From a virus, in IMG/VR virus record IMGVR_UViG_3300025598_000020: DNA of 64,000 nt. One strand, given 5' to 3'. A program made the position numbers and the translations under genes. The notes under the pieces were generated by a model, which was given only the letters and a program-made list of their open reading frames with translations, made no database searches and was not told the DNA's origin. Each line of letters begins with the position of its first letter. Position 1 is the stretch's first letter. Of the stretch, positions 24,372-34,995 are shown piece by piece.

Positions 24372-25640
24372 TTACACTCTTTTATTAAGAATGCCAACGA
24401 CTTGTTCCATCAAAGGATCCAAAGACTTAGTAGTCTTTTTGTCTTCTTCAATGTGGACTTCATCATCTAAAGCAGAATTGTCTGCAACTTTTACGTCAAC
24501 GTTGAAATAAGATTCAACTAATGTTGACAACTTTGCCGCAAATTCTTCTTCAGTAGTAAATTCCACACCCTCTGCGAGTGATTTCAATTTTTCTACTTGA
24601 GTTTGCGATAGGCCTTCACACACTGCGTAGATAGCCTCAATTTTTTTATGTTCGTTTAATTCTTTAGACATTTCAACGCTACGGTTGATTTGTTCATTCA
24701 ATTGAGATTCCAATTCAGACACTTTGTCTGCCATTTCGGCAACAACATCAACTTTGTCTTCAGGAATATCAATGTAATGTTCAACAAATACATTGCGTAG
24801 AGCGCCGATAAAGTCTTCAGCAATTTCAGCACGTAGACCAGATTCTACGGCCAATTCGTTTTCTTTCATCCATTCTTCAGCCATATAGTTTAGATAGTCA
24901 TCAACTTTGGATGCCAAATCTTCTTTAACTTGTTCTACGGCTTCATTGAATTGTTCTACCAAGTTAGACTCAACTTGTTCAGCAATAACTTGAATACGAG
25001 CAGCAACGGCAGCTTCAAAAATTGTAGTTGCTTTAGCAGCAAATTCTTCTGATAGGTTTTCACCAGCCAACAATGCACGAACGTCATCAGACATATCTAA
25101 TGCTTCCATGTTAACGTGTTGTGCTTGTGAACCTGCTGTTTGTGAACCATCATAGTGCTGGAATGTAGAACCTTTGTTCATGCCGAATGTGTTTGCTGGC
25201 AATTTACCTGCAATACGGTCACGAATTTGGTCAATATGGTTAGTCATTGTTGCAACAGTAGTTGGGTGCATAACGTCTTTACGACCCATAGTTTGTTGTG
25301 GTTGACCAGAATATGTATTGTAACCAACTGTACCTAGGTGTTGGTCGTTCTTTTCAGAACCAACAGGTGGTGTTGCACCTGGAGGAGTTGCGCTTGGAGT
25401 ACCTTTTAGGTAATCTGGCAATTCATCATCATTAACTTCTGGTGAATGACCAATAATACCTGCATCTTTTTCGCCATAGGCTACTGATGCTTGAAGTCTA
25501 TCGTCACCAACTTCACCTTTTTTGTGAGCATCTTGGCCACGCATACCTCTTTTTGCCATAATATTAGAATCAAAGGTTTCTTTAGAACCTTCACCTAATA
25601 CTGCTTTAGCGGCTTCTGACAGATTGAATCTTTTTGACAT
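24372..25640 (-). CDS. gp22: Prohead core scaffold protein
   Basis: LSEEFAAKATTIFEAAV, VDDYLNYMAEEWM. Confidence 0.92.
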   Translation of the reverse strand: MSKRFNLSEAAKAVLGEGSKETFDSNIMAKRGMRGQDAHKKGEVGDDRLQASVAYGEKDAGIIGHSPEVNDDELPDYLKGTPSATPPGATPPVGSEKNDQHLGTVGYNTYSGQPQQTMGRKDVMHPTTVATMTNHIDQIRDRIAGKLPANTFGMNKGSTFQHYDGSQTAGSQAQHVNMEALDMSDDVRALLAGENLSEEFAAKATTIFEAAVAARIQVIAEQVESNLVEQFNEAVEQVKEDLASKVDDYLNYMAEEWMKENELAVESGLRAEIAEDFIGALRNVFVEHYIDIPEDKVDVVAEMADKVSELESQLNEQINRSVEMSKELNEHKKIEAIYAVCEGLSQTQVEKLKSLAEGVEFTTEEEFAAKLSTLVESYFNVDVKVADNSALDDEVHIEEDKKTTKSLDPLMEQVVGILNKRV

Positions 25641-25668
25641 TTAAAAATCTCCTTGATTTTGTATTGAA

Positions 25669-25676
25669 TATTTATA
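25669..25676 (-). promoter_or_regulatory. T4-type late promoter
   Basis: TATAAATA upstream of gp22; related (T)ATAAATA sites precede structural genes at 27493, 30194, 32019, 37748, 45252, 50297, 54470 and 55257. Confidence 0.75.
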
Positions 25677-25678
25677 GG

Positions 25679-26323
25679 TTATAGTTTTTTCATGAAGTTT
25701 TCAAATATGCGAAGACTTACTGCTTCGACATCCGCACGTGATGCTGATTTGATTTCTCTAATCGCTTGTGCGTGTTCTACTTCAGTCCAAACACCATTTA
25801 CCAACATCCATTCTTTTCCTTCCATAATGCCTTGAACAAATGCTCCAGGCGCAGAAGGGTCTGCTACAATATCCGCCGCTGTGGCTAGATAAAAGTCGGG
25901 TTGAACAACATTAACACCGTTAACATTTTTCAATGAACCCATACCTCTTGAAGAAACTCCTAGTTGTGCACCGCCTTCAATAAGTTGACGAGCAATTTGA
26001 CCCATTGGAGTTTCTAAAATTTTTGCTTTACCAATCCATTGATTACCGTCTTCACGTAAACCAACAATCATGTGTGATACACGGTCTAAGTTAATGGTTG
26101 GAGAATCTGGATGTCCTAGTTCACCAAAAGCACGGTGCTTGTTGATGTATTCTTCTGTGTAACGATGAACTTCTTTTTTCATCGTATTGTATTCGTATAG
26201 GCGGCCATTTTTGTTTTTCTTTTCAGCAACAAGGAATGGACCCTCTATGTACAGTTCTTTTTTACCATCTGCACCTTCTGTCAGATAGTTGACTGTTTCG
26301 TTGATTTCTTTAATGAGTTTCAT
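25679..26323 (-). CDS. gp21: Prohead protease
   Basis: NKNGRLY, GELGHP, GVSSRGMGS, DIVADPSAPGAFV. Confidence 0.96.
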   Translation of the reverse strand: MKLIKEINETVNYLTEGADGKKELYIEGPFLVAEKKNKNGRLYEYNTMKKEVHRYTEEYINKHRAFGELGHPDSPTINLDRVSHMIVGLREDGNQWIGKAKILETPMGQIARQLIEGGAQLGVSSRGMGSLKNVNGVNVVQPDFYLATAADIVADPSAPGAFVQGIMEGKEWMLVNGVWTEVEHAQAIREIKSASRADVEAVSLRIFENFMKKL

Positions 26324-26334
26324 TATTGTACCTA

Positions 26335-26850
26335 TTATGGTGTTACGTTGTATGGTCTATAGTTGAATGCAGCAGGATCATTAAATTGACCACGTTGATA
26401 GTATTCGTTTTGTTTACGCAACTCAATAATTAGTGTGTAAGCGCAATTTGCTACCAAACCAATAGTTTGAACGCCGATGTCACCTGTTGCACCAACTGCA
26501 TTATTTGGAATAGAAACCATACCTTGGTCTTCTGAATATTCACCGCAAAGGTCCATATTCATGATAGGCACATTATTTGCTGCACCGTTGCCAGTCCAAA
26601 ACAATTCAACATAGCCCTTTTGTTGTGAAGCAATATTGTAACCAATTCTAGTTACAGTTAAACCGTAATAAGACAATGGTGTTCCGTTTGGAATAACATT
26701 GTTATTACTTGTCAAAGCACCATATAGTGTATTTGCCGCAATACGGGAAACGTTATATTCTTGGCCAGAACCATCAAAATTGGCAGTCAGTTTGATAACT
26801 GCCTTTTCTGTAGTGTCTCGCAAGACTTGATATGTGAAAATATTTGCCAT
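26335..26850 (-). CDS. Hypothetical virion protein (paralog B)
   Basis: Shares N- and C-terminal motifs with 26865-27470. Confidence 0.7.
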   Translation of the reverse strand: MANIFTYQVLRDTTEKAVIKLTANFDGSGQEYNVSRIAANTLYGALTSNNNVIPNGTPLSYYGLTVTRIGYNIASQQKGYVELFWTGNGAANNVPIMNMDLCGEYSEDQGMVSIPNNAVGATGDIGVQTIGLVANCAYTLIIELRKQNEYYQRGQFNDPAAFNYRPYNVTP

Positions 26851-26864
26851 GTTTATTCCTAGTC

Positions 26865-27470
26865 TTACGGTGTAATGTTGTAAGGCTTGTAGTTGAATGC
26901 TGCTGGATCGTTGAACTGACCACGTTGATACATAGCATTGTTTTTACGCAAAGAAACAATTAATGTATATGAACAGTTTGCAGCGGCACCTTGTGTGTAA
27001 ACACCGATATCGCCGTTACCTACGTTGGCTGTAACAATATATCCGTTGGCCAAAGTACCAGAATTATTAGTAATAGAAGGTAGTTGTTCACCCAAACCAA
27101 ATTCACCAGAAGCATTTAAATGGAAAATTGTTGCTGAGTTTGCATATTGTGCTGCTGGAGTTGCACCTGCACCGTTCCAAAATAACTCAACAGAACCTTG
27201 AGAGTTTGCACTTGTACTTGTAAATGGCATGTTAACGTAGTATTTCAAACCAGTTAATTGCAAATCATAGTAAGACAACGGAGTATTTGCAGAACCACCT
27301 TGATTATTTGCTACAAGAAAACCATTGGTTGCCAACGCATTTGAAAGTGAATTTGCTTGAATGCGTGTGTTATTAATTTCTTGACCAGAACCATCAAACA
27401 CTCCAGTTAACTTAATAACAGAGTCTGTTTGTGTATCTCTTAAAACTTGATATGTGAATTTATTGGCCAT
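26865..27470 (-). CDS. Hypothetical virion protein (paralog A)
   Basis: Late promoter upstream; ends YQRGQFNDPAAFNYKPYNITP. Confidence 0.7.
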   Translation of the reverse strand: MANKFTYQVLRDTQTDSVIKLTGVFDGSGQEINNTRIQANSLSNALATNGFLVANNQGGSANTPLSYYDLQLTGLKYYVNMPFTSTSANSQGSVELFWNGAGATPAAQYANSATIFHLNASGEFGLGEQLPSITNNSGTLANGYIVTANVGNGDIGVYTQGAAANCSYTLIVSLRKNNAMYQRGQFNDPAAFNYKPYNITP

Positions 27471-27507
27471 GGTTCTTCTTTAAAATATTATCTATTTATA
27501 GTTAAAA

Positions 27508-27807
27508 TTAATAACCTTCTTTTTTCATTTTTTCTTTCTTCATTTTCATTTTTTCTTCTTCATCTTCTTCTTCACTCATGCCGTGCTTTGGCTTTTCTTC
27601 TTCTTTTTTCATGTGCCATTTTTCTTCTTCTTTTTTCATTTTCTTTGTTGGCATCATTTCTTCTTGGTTCAATAAACCTTGAGCAATTTCTTGTTTCTTG
27701 GCTTCAATGTGTGCAGTTACACGGTCATGAATTCCAGCATACAGTTCTGCTCTAAAATTAACTGCGTCATCACTTACTGCGTAATCGATTAGGTCTCTTG
27801 CGTTCAT
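27508..27807 (-). CDS. Prohead core protein, gp67-like
   Basis: Small E/K/M-rich protein directly after the portal gene. Confidence 0.6.
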   Translation of the reverse strand: MNARDLIDYAVSDDAVNFRAELYAGIHDRVTAHIEAKKQEIAQGLLNQEEMMPTKKMKKEEEKWHMKKEEEKPKHGMSEEEDEEEKMKMKKEKMKKEGY

Positions 27808-27819
27808 TTTGGTCTCCTA

Positions 27820-29499
27820 TTAACCGTTGATTAATTTTTTAACAACATCTAAAACTGGTTTGTAACCTTCATCCACTTTTTCTGGATTTTTTTCTTTACT
27901 TTGATCCAATTTCATATCTAGGTCATTTTGGTGTTCTGCACCATCCATTTGAATTTGTGACAACATTTGTTGTTGTGCAACATCATTTGTAACTTGAACT
28001 GGCAAACCAATACCTGCTTCTTTTTCTTCTTCAATCTCGTCTTGCATAATCTTGATTTCATCATCATTTAGTCTCAACACATTGCGTTGAATCCAAGCTT
28101 GTGAAAAATAACGGCCAGTATATGGGTCAACTGAACTTAACAATTGCAATCTTTGTGTCATCAGTTCAGCATCTTTAAGTTCACTGAAGTTATTATCTTT
28201 GATAAAACTATAGTGTACGTGTTCTTTAAATTGATCCCATTCTTCATTAGTACAAACACCTTTAAGTACCAACTGAACTCTTAGCGCTTGATGGAACAAG
28301 TCAGAAAACTTGTTACGCATACGAGCAACAAACTTAGCAAACTTCAACTCATCTCTTGTGATTTCACCAACACGACCTAAAGAGAACCCGGATTGGTTAG
28401 GATCAAGTCTGGAGACTGGAACGTTCAATGATTTATACAGTTTCTTCTCAAAGTATTTAACGTCTTCCAACTCACCTAGGTTCTGTCCACCTGGTAGTGT
28501 AGTAATCTCTGTACCTTTGCCACCTTCTCTACGTGGCAACCAGAAGTCTTCCATCATGGATAAGAACTTACGGTCATCACGGACTTCACCTGTATTTGCA
28601 TCATAGACAAGTTTGTTTTTATACTTAACCATAATATCACGTAGGTATTGTTCTGCCTTCAATTTAGGCAAATTACCAACGTCAATATAGAAAATTCTAC
28701 GTTCTGGTGCACGAGAGATACGATAGATAACTGTCGCATCTTCAATCATACGCAACTGATTCAATGGCTTAATTGCTTTGTGCAGGTAAGATAATACAAC
28801 CGCACGGCGACTATCCATAAGTCCACTAACCACAGAAATAACAGAGTCGGTAGTAATTCTGGTACCAACAGGCCCATAATTGGTTGAAGTGCCTGTCGTA
28901 ACTTTATCATTGTAGATGTAATATTCATTAACAACATTCATTACCTCTACACCGGTACGTTCGTCTTTTTGTTTCTTAATTTCACGAATCTTACGCATCT
29001 TGCGTGGATCAACGTAACGTAGTTCTTTAATTCCGGTTGTAGGATTTTCTTTGTCTACAATAATATGATAATATAACTTTCCGTCAATATAATATCTACG
29101 GAAAATATCTTGAGCCATGTTGGTATAGTTCAACAAACGCAAGATAGTATGAAATTCTGTTTTAATAACTTTTTTAATTTTATCTGGAACATCCAAATCG
29201 TCTAAAACAATTTGAATAATCTTACCGTCATCATCTTGGCAAATCGCTTCATTGACAATATCGTCAATAGCCGATTCAATTTCAGGCTGCATAGCCATTT
29301 CACGGTAACGAGATATGAGTTCTACCTCGTTTTTTGCAGTACCGTCTAAGTCAACATACGTACCATAATAGGCCGCAGAAGTAATTGTTAACGCACCATC
29401 ATCGCTCGGTGGTGGACTGAACGATTGTTGCGTTGCTTTGTTTTCTTCTTCCTCTTGACGAGAAATAGTAAAACCAAATAGACTAAACTTTTGGGCCAT
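27820..29499 (-). CDS. gp20: Portal protein
   Basis: YRISRAPERRIFYIDVGNLPK, EDFWLPRREGGKGTEITTLPG. Confidence 0.98.
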   Translation of the reverse strand: MAQKFSLFGFTISRQEEEENKATQQSFSPPPSDDGALTITSAAYYGTYVDLDGTAKNEVELISRYREMAMQPEIESAIDDIVNEAICQDDDGKIIQIVLDDLDVPDKIKKVIKTEFHTILRLLNYTNMAQDIFRRYYIDGKLYYHIIVDKENPTTGIKELRYVDPRKMRKIREIKKQKDERTGVEVMNVVNEYYIYNDKVTTGTSTNYGPVGTRITTDSVISVVSGLMDSRRAVVLSYLHKAIKPLNQLRMIEDATVIYRISRAPERRIFYIDVGNLPKLKAEQYLRDIMVKYKNKLVYDANTGEVRDDRKFLSMMEDFWLPRREGGKGTEITTLPGGQNLGELEDVKYFEKKLYKSLNVPVSRLDPNQSGFSLGRVGEITRDELKFAKFVARMRNKFSDLFHQALRVQLVLKGVCTNEEWDQFKEHVHYSFIKDNNFSELKDAELMTQRLQLLSSVDPYTGRYFSQAWIQRNVLRLNDDEIKIMQDEIEEEKEAGIGLPVQVTNDVAQQQMLSQIQMDGAEHQNDLDMKLDQSKEKNPEKVDEGYKPVLDVVKKLING

Positions 29500-29558
29500 A
29501 TTTTTCCAGTTATCAGTTCAAAAACACATAAAAGGGGACCGTAATCCCCTCGACAAAA

Positions 29559-30173
29559 TTAAGATGTAGTAACAGTAGTATTTGTAGATGTCCAGTATTG
29601 GTATGCAAATGTTACTGTGAATTCTTCAATAGTATCATTTGTTCCCCAATCTAAATCGATTGGAGACATATCAACTGGGAACATACCTACAAAGTCGTAT
29701 GCCTTAATAGCACCAGCCAAACCATCAGCACCACCAGTTTTTGCATACTGGTAAACGTGAGCATCAGATGTATAACCTAATGCTTGTGAGGTGTTGAAGT
29801 TATTTGCTTGTACGGATGTACCTCTCAAGTTACCTTGATTACTATTGATATAGTTCATCCAGGCTTCAATAGAATTGCGAATGATGAAGTTTTCATCGTT
29901 AACAATTGTAACTGTCCAATCAGCAAATGTTCTGTTGCCAGCAAACTTTACTTCACGACCAAAGTAATACATTGGGACAACACCCAATGTAGAACCTGGA
30001 AGTTGAGCAGCCTTTGCCAAGAAAGACAAAGATGTGCTTGAACTGCCAGCCGCAGGATTAGCACCAGGTGCATTTTGTCCAGTTGGAATATTTGGAATAC
30101 TTACCTGGAACAAATTTGGGCGTGCGCCATCGCCTGTTAGGCGTGTTGTGAAATCGCTAATTTGAAATGCCAT
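29559..30173 (-). CDS. gp19: Tail tube protein
   Basis: GARPNLFQV, GNRTFADWTVT, IEEFTVTFAYQYW. Confidence 0.95.
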   Translation of the reverse strand: MAFQISDFTTRLTGDGARPNLFQVSIPNIPTGQNAPGANPAAGSSSTSLSFLAKAAQLPGSTLGVVPMYYFGREVKFAGNRTFADWTVTIVNDENFIIRNSIEAWMNYINSNQGNLRGTSVQANNFNTSQALGYTSDAHVYQYAKTGGADGLAGAIKAYDFVGMFPVDMSPIDLDWGTNDTIEEFTVTFAYQYWTSTNTTVTTS

Positions 30174-30199
30174 TTTATTCTCCTATTTGTTCTTATTTA

Positions 30200-31966
30200 T
30201 TAAGCTGTTGTAGTGATAATTGTTGAGAAATTAACACCAGTTCCAACTGCAACAAAATTCAACTGGATAAAGTTAATAGAACGAGCAGGTTGAATGTAAA
30301 TGTCACCAATAAATTGATTGCTATTAATAACTTGTGGTGTGTTATTAGTGTTATCACAAACAACTTGGAACGCTTGAATACCACGTTGACCTTGTACGTT
30401 ACGCAAGAAAGGAGTAACTAAAGAAACAAACTGCGCTTGTGTAAATGCATCATTGAATTCAAACAATGAATATTGAGCAGCCTTCTTAATTGCTTGTTCA
30501 AGTGTGATAAACAATCTACGAACGTTGATACGGTCAAATGCAGATGGTTGTGTTTGCATTGTCTTATCACCAAACAAGACTGTACCTTGTCCTGGGAACG
30601 AAGCAACTGGATTAACAGCAACTTGATACAAAGCATCACGTTGTGATTGTACTGGATTCCATGCCAATTTGATAACGTTCTTGATAACACCACGATTGAA
30701 ACCGGCAGGAGACCACCATGGATTATTGGCTGTGTCTGTGTATACACATAGACCTGCAATATCACCATTCAATGGAACCCAACGATAAACGTTATTGTAT
30801 TTGTCAAACATGTATTTCCAACCAGAGTCGGCAAAACCATAACTTCCTGTTGGTCCACCAGTGATTGAAGACAATGCATTAATCCATGACAATACGCTAG
30901 TTTGTTCACTACCAGAGTTGTTTACTACTGCGGATTGTGGTGGAGAAATAAAAGTAACTGCATCACGGCGTGTGGCTGAAATGTTGATTGCGTTTGATTG
31001 AACTGCCAAACTTGTATATGGACCAGTCATAATCAATGAAACTGAAACTTGTGTAGAATCTGCAAACAAGTTTTGTGCATTAATAATGTCAGCATCAGTG
31101 ATTGTTGCATCTGTACCAGAATACAATGGTAATGTATAAACACCAGACAATGTAGCAAAAGAAGTATTTGCTGTTGCTTTACCCCATGTGGCATTTGTAG
31201 ATGAATAATTTACTGGATCAACTGCAAAGATGTATTTTGATTGACTGAAAATAGCATTTTTGTAATAGTTTGATTGACCATTTGCGTCAACACTGTCAGA
31301 AGCTTTAGACAAATATGCAAAAGTTTCTAGAACCGTACCTTTTGTTCCTGTAAACAAACCGCCTGTGTCAACAACTGCAATGTGAATTTGGTCGTTGGCT
31401 GCACCTAATTGTGTGCCAGTATAACTTGTACTTGGTTGACTATTGAAGTAACCAGACAATGCTGTGTTTGCATAATTTGTGTTAGCAGAGTTGTAAAGTG
31501 GAACACTCCAATTTGCAAACTGATTTGCTGTTGCGCCAGCATCAATAACAGAAACTGTCAATGAGTTGCCTAAAGCACCAGGATAACGTGCAACGAAAGC
31601 ACCTAATGAGTTTGCGGCGCCAGATGGCAAATAACTGTATTGGAATGCATTTGCATTTGCAATTTGAACTTGTGCATTTGCATTTGCAGTAGCGTTGTAA
31701 GTTGCATTATTGGCTGCACGAACAATATTCAAATTATTACCGTAAGCTAAGAAAGAAGCCGCGGTAAAGAACGAAGCATAAGTGTTGCTATCTGGTTTAC
31801 CAAAAGTGTTCAATAAAACTGTTTCGGATGATACTGGAATAACTGTTTGTGCTGGACCCCATACAAAAGGTCCTGCATAAGCGCCTGCTGTGGTCAGAAC
31901 GGAAGGCACAACGGTAGTCAGGTTAACTTCGTTTACGCTTACGCCTGGAGATAATAGATTTGCCAT
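30200..31966 (-). CDS. gp18: Contractile tail sheath protein
   Basis: SPGVSVNE, WWSPAGFNRG, FDRINVRRLF, PARSINFIQLNF. Confidence 0.96.
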   Translation of the reverse strand: MANLLSPGVSVNEVNLTTVVPSVLTTAGAYAGPFVWGPAQTVIPVSSETVLLNTFGKPDSNTYASFFTAASFLAYGNNLNIVRAANNATYNATANANAQVQIANANAFQYSYLPSGAANSLGAFVARYPGALGNSLTVSVIDAGATANQFANWSVPLYNSANTNYANTALSGYFNSQPSTSYTGTQLGAANDQIHIAVVDTGGLFTGTKGTVLETFAYLSKASDSVDANGQSNYYKNAIFSQSKYIFAVDPVNYSSTNATWGKATANTSFATLSGVYTLPLYSGTDATITDADIINAQNLFADSTQVSVSLIMTGPYTSLAVQSNAINISATRRDAVTFISPPQSAVVNNSGSEQTSVLSWINALSSITGGPTGSYGFADSGWKYMFDKYNNVYRWVPLNGDIAGLCVYTDTANNPWWSPAGFNRGVIKNVIKLAWNPVQSQRDALYQVAVNPVASFPGQGTVLFGDKTMQTQPSAFDRINVRRLFITLEQAIKKAAQYSLFEFNDAFTQAQFVSLVTPFLRNVQGQRGIQAFQVVCDNTNNTPQVINSNQFIGDIYIQPARSINFIQLNFVAVGTGVNFSTIITTTA

Positions 31967-32037
31967 TTTTTTCTTCTCCTTGATTTATTATGAGTTTGGC
32001 ATTTGAATACCATAAGATTATTTATGAAACACTATTT

Positions 32038-33717
32038 TTATAAATTCTTCATCATATCTCTTATAAATGATCCATAGGTGTCTCCACCAACTGATGAGTC
32101 CCATAAATCTCCATCCATCAACTCAAGTCCATGATTTAAACCATCTTCAATGATTGGCTCTGGTAGAGTTTCATCGTCTACCTGATTCATATGTTCTACT
32201 TGAAACTGTTTACGAATGTCGTGGCTTACAATCTCTTTGAAGTATTTTTGAGTTGTGGCCCAAGCAAATGTCACTAAACACATCACCAAGTCATCATTTG
32301 AACCTTCTTCAGCAGCAAATGAGTTTTTGTCCTGCACAAAAGTGGTCAATTCTGAGATAACATCAAAGTCATTGATAATCATCTTGTCACCCTCAACCAA
32401 CATTTTTAAATTAGCGCAACCTATACGTTTCACTTGAGGTGACATTTTTAAACCTAACTGTACACCTCTTGCAAAGCCAGCAGACAGTTGTTGTGGTTTC
32501 TTGTTACCTGTGAACACCTTCCATAAGTTTTCATACTCAAGTTCGCTATGTAGAATGTCAGCAACCTGTGGTGTGTTATTAATTTCAACCAACACATATG
32601 CATCATTATATAATCTTGCTGTATTGTAAATTACAGTTGGAAACAATACTGGATGAATTGACGAACTGTGGTATGTGGCAACCATTTTATATGGCATAGC
32701 AGAAATATCCATGACCACAAATGCTGATGCATCCATGTTCTTGCCTTCTGAAACATCAACACAAATTGCATATAAGTGGTCAGTTTTCTTTTCACCATCT
32801 TCTTTTATTGGCATTTCAAAAATATTAACCTTATCGTGGTTAGCAATCGGATCCATATATGCCAATTGTGCCAATTTCTGGCCAGAGATAAGCGTATTGG
32901 TAGAACCCAAGAACTCACACTCAAACTCTTGTCTGAATTGTTCTTCTGAGGTGTTACGAATAGTTTCTTCTTTCCATACTTCATCACGGCCTGGTACCAT
33001 AGACCAGTGAATCTCGAACGGTTGATAACCACTTTTCTTACCAATTGCATCCATCCACATCTTATAGAATAGATTCATACCGTTTGGTGTAGACACAATA
33101 ATAATCTTTGTCGTTTTACCTGATGAAATTACAGGGTAAACTGAGTTAAAGAATTCGTGTGCAATATTTGCCGGAACGAAAGCAAACTCATCCAAGAATA
33201 CACAGTTAAAAGAACCACCTCGAATTGCAGCAGAAGATGTTGAGTCTGCACGAATCTTAGAACCATTTTCAAGTTCTACGTTACCTTTGTTCCAGATTAC
33301 AACACCTTGTTGCAACCACATTGGTAAGTTTTCATATGCCAATTGGTACTTTGCAAGAATATCCCGTGCAAGAGAACCTTTGTTGGCCAGCACGGCTACG
33401 TTTTGTGTATCGTTGAATAGTGTCAACCAAAGAAGATACGCAACGGAGGTGGTGGTTTTACCAACCTGGCGAGGACATTTGGTGATAGCAAAACGATTCT
33501 TGTGGAACAGACGAATCATGTCCTTCTGAAAGTCCCACATTTCAAATGGCATCAAACCACGGTCAACGTTAACAATCTTGATATATCGTTCCGCAAAGTA
33601 AACTGGATCCTTTGCACACTTCATGAACTCTTCTACTTGTTCTTTAGTGTATTTTAATTGAATACCGACCTTCTTTAATAAAGGATTGTCACGGTAACTA
33701 TCTTTATTTTCACTCAT
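32038..33717 (-). CDS. gp17: Terminase large subunit
   Basis: PRQVGKTT, FLDEFAF, STPNG, DDLVM; no intein-sized insertion. Confidence 0.97.
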   Translation of the reverse strand: MSENKDSYRDNPLLKKVGIQLKYTKEQVEEFMKCAKDPVYFAERYIKIVNVDRGLMPFEMWDFQKDMIRLFHKNRFAITKCPRQVGKTTTSVAYLLWLTLFNDTQNVAVLANKGSLARDILAKYQLAYENLPMWLQQGVVIWNKGNVELENGSKIRADSTSSAAIRGGSFNCVFLDEFAFVPANIAHEFFNSVYPVISSGKTTKIIIVSTPNGMNLFYKMWMDAIGKKSGYQPFEIHWSMVPGRDEVWKEETIRNTSEEQFRQEFECEFLGSTNTLISGQKLAQLAYMDPIANHDKVNIFEMPIKEDGEKKTDHLYAICVDVSEGKNMDASAFVVMDISAMPYKMVATYHSSSIHPVLFPTVIYNTARLYNDAYVLVEINNTPQVADILHSELEYENLWKVFTGNKKPQQLSAGFARGVQLGLKMSPQVKRIGCANLKMLVEGDKMIINDFDVISELTTFVQDKNSFAAEEGSNDDLVMCLVTFAWATTQKYFKEIVSHDIRKQFQVEHMNQVDDETLPEPIIEDGLNHGLELMDGDLWDSSVGGDTYGSFIRDMMKNL

Positions 33718-34135
33718 TCATGCCTTTAATCAACTTATTGAGTTCTGATGTTGAACCGACAAAGAATGCTGCTTTATCAATATTTGTGGTACTTGCTTGA
33801 TTCTTTTTATCCATATCACGCATTTGTTTTTGAACTGCAAGAAGTTCTTTGTTGGCGTCTACCACATTTTTAAGTAACGTACCATAGACTTCAAAAGCAC
33901 GTGGATGTTGACCGTCTTTTGCAATTTGTAAGATTTCGGCCATTGCATCTTTACCTTGGTCAATCAAGTCTTGTAGATTGGCCTTAGTTTGTTCGTATGC
34001 ATCGGTCAAATCTTCTTCAAGTGTTTCTTTATCTACAACCGCAGGTAACTGTTGTTTTTTTACAACAGGCACCACCGGTGTTGGTGATGAAGTTACATCA
34101 AAGATTTCTTCCATGTTTTTATCAAAATTATTCAT
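33710..34135 (-). CDS. gp16: Terminase small subunit
   Basis: HPRAFEV, FVGSTSEL; upstream of gp17. Confidence 0.92.
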   Translation of the reverse strand: MNNFDKNMEEIFDVTSSPTPVVPVVKKQQLPAVVDKETLEEDLTDAYEQTKANLQDLIDQGKDAMAEILQIAKDGQHPRAFEVYGTLLKNVVDANKELLAVQKQMRDMDKKNQASTTNIDKAAFFVGSTSELNKLIKGMNE

Positions 34136-34153
34136 AGTTTAATTAAAAATTAA

Positions 34154-34984
34154 TTAACTTGTTGTGCCTTTGATGATTACATATTGAATCACTGGTGCTT
34201 CAGCTGTAACTGTTGTAATACCACGAACAGTAACGTTTGCTTGACCTGCACTTGTGTTTGCAGCAAAAACATAGTTACCTAGTGTGCCACCACTAAAGTG
34301 ATTCAATAATATAAAATCATTTGCAGCAATTGTAGAATTTGTTAATACAAAAGTATTTGCAGCACCTGCAGCCAATGCTTGTGAGAACAATGTAATTTGA
34401 CCTGATGGTTTGTTCAAGGTGACACCAGTAGTTCTACTTGTTGATTGTGTTACAGTACCACCAGCACCTGTTGAATAACCAATACCGTTACCGGATGTTT
34501 CTATCAAACCACCAGTGAATACATTGCCTGCAACTCCAACACCACCTGAAATAACTATTGCACCAGTTGTTGTATTAACAGAAGTATTAGAACTTTGAAT
34601 AAAAACTTCTGTGAAAGGTGTAAATATAACATCACCATAACCATCTGGATCGATAGTTAGATTAGAAGCAGAACCTGTTGCTGTTGTGATTGTGGTAGAA
34701 TAAAGATTGCCTCTAACGTTTGCGGTGCCAGTAATCAACAAGTTACCTGTTAGTGTACCACCTGTATTTGCTAAATCTGAACCAGCCGCATTAGCTGCCG
34801 CATTAGCGGTATTCCAAACTGTTTGCAAAGTGATTGCATTAGCTGCATACCAACCACCTGCTGTACTACCATCATGTACTGTGACTTGATTTAATGTAGT
34901 ATCAACAATCAATTCACCAGAGGCGCCAGTAATACTAGCAAGGTTACTTGTTGTATATCTTCTAAATTGTAACGTCTTTGACAT
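34154..34984 (-). CDS. Short fibre protein with Mtd-like N-terminal domain
   Basis: LQFRRYTT...GELIVDT...VHDGSTAGG. Confidence 0.7.
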   Translation of the reverse strand: MSKTLQFRRYTTSNLASITGASGELIVDTTLNQVTVHDGSTAGGWYAANAITLQTVWNTANAAANAAGSDLANTGGTLTGNLLITGTANVRGNLYSTTITTATGSASNLTIDPDGYGDVIFTPFTEVFIQSSNTSVNTTTGAIVISGGVGVAGNVFTGGLIETSGNGIGYSTGAGGTVTQSTSRTTGVTLNKPSGQITLFSQALAAGAANTFVLTNSTIAANDFILLNHFSGGTLGNYVFAANTSAGQANVTVRGITTVTAEAPVIQYVIIKGTTS

Positions 34985-34995
34985 TTTTTAACCTT

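Noticed and set aside
22972-33717. Introns or inteins in capsid, portal, sheath and terminase genes
   Set aside because: ORFs are continuous and of ordinary length with no splicing motifs
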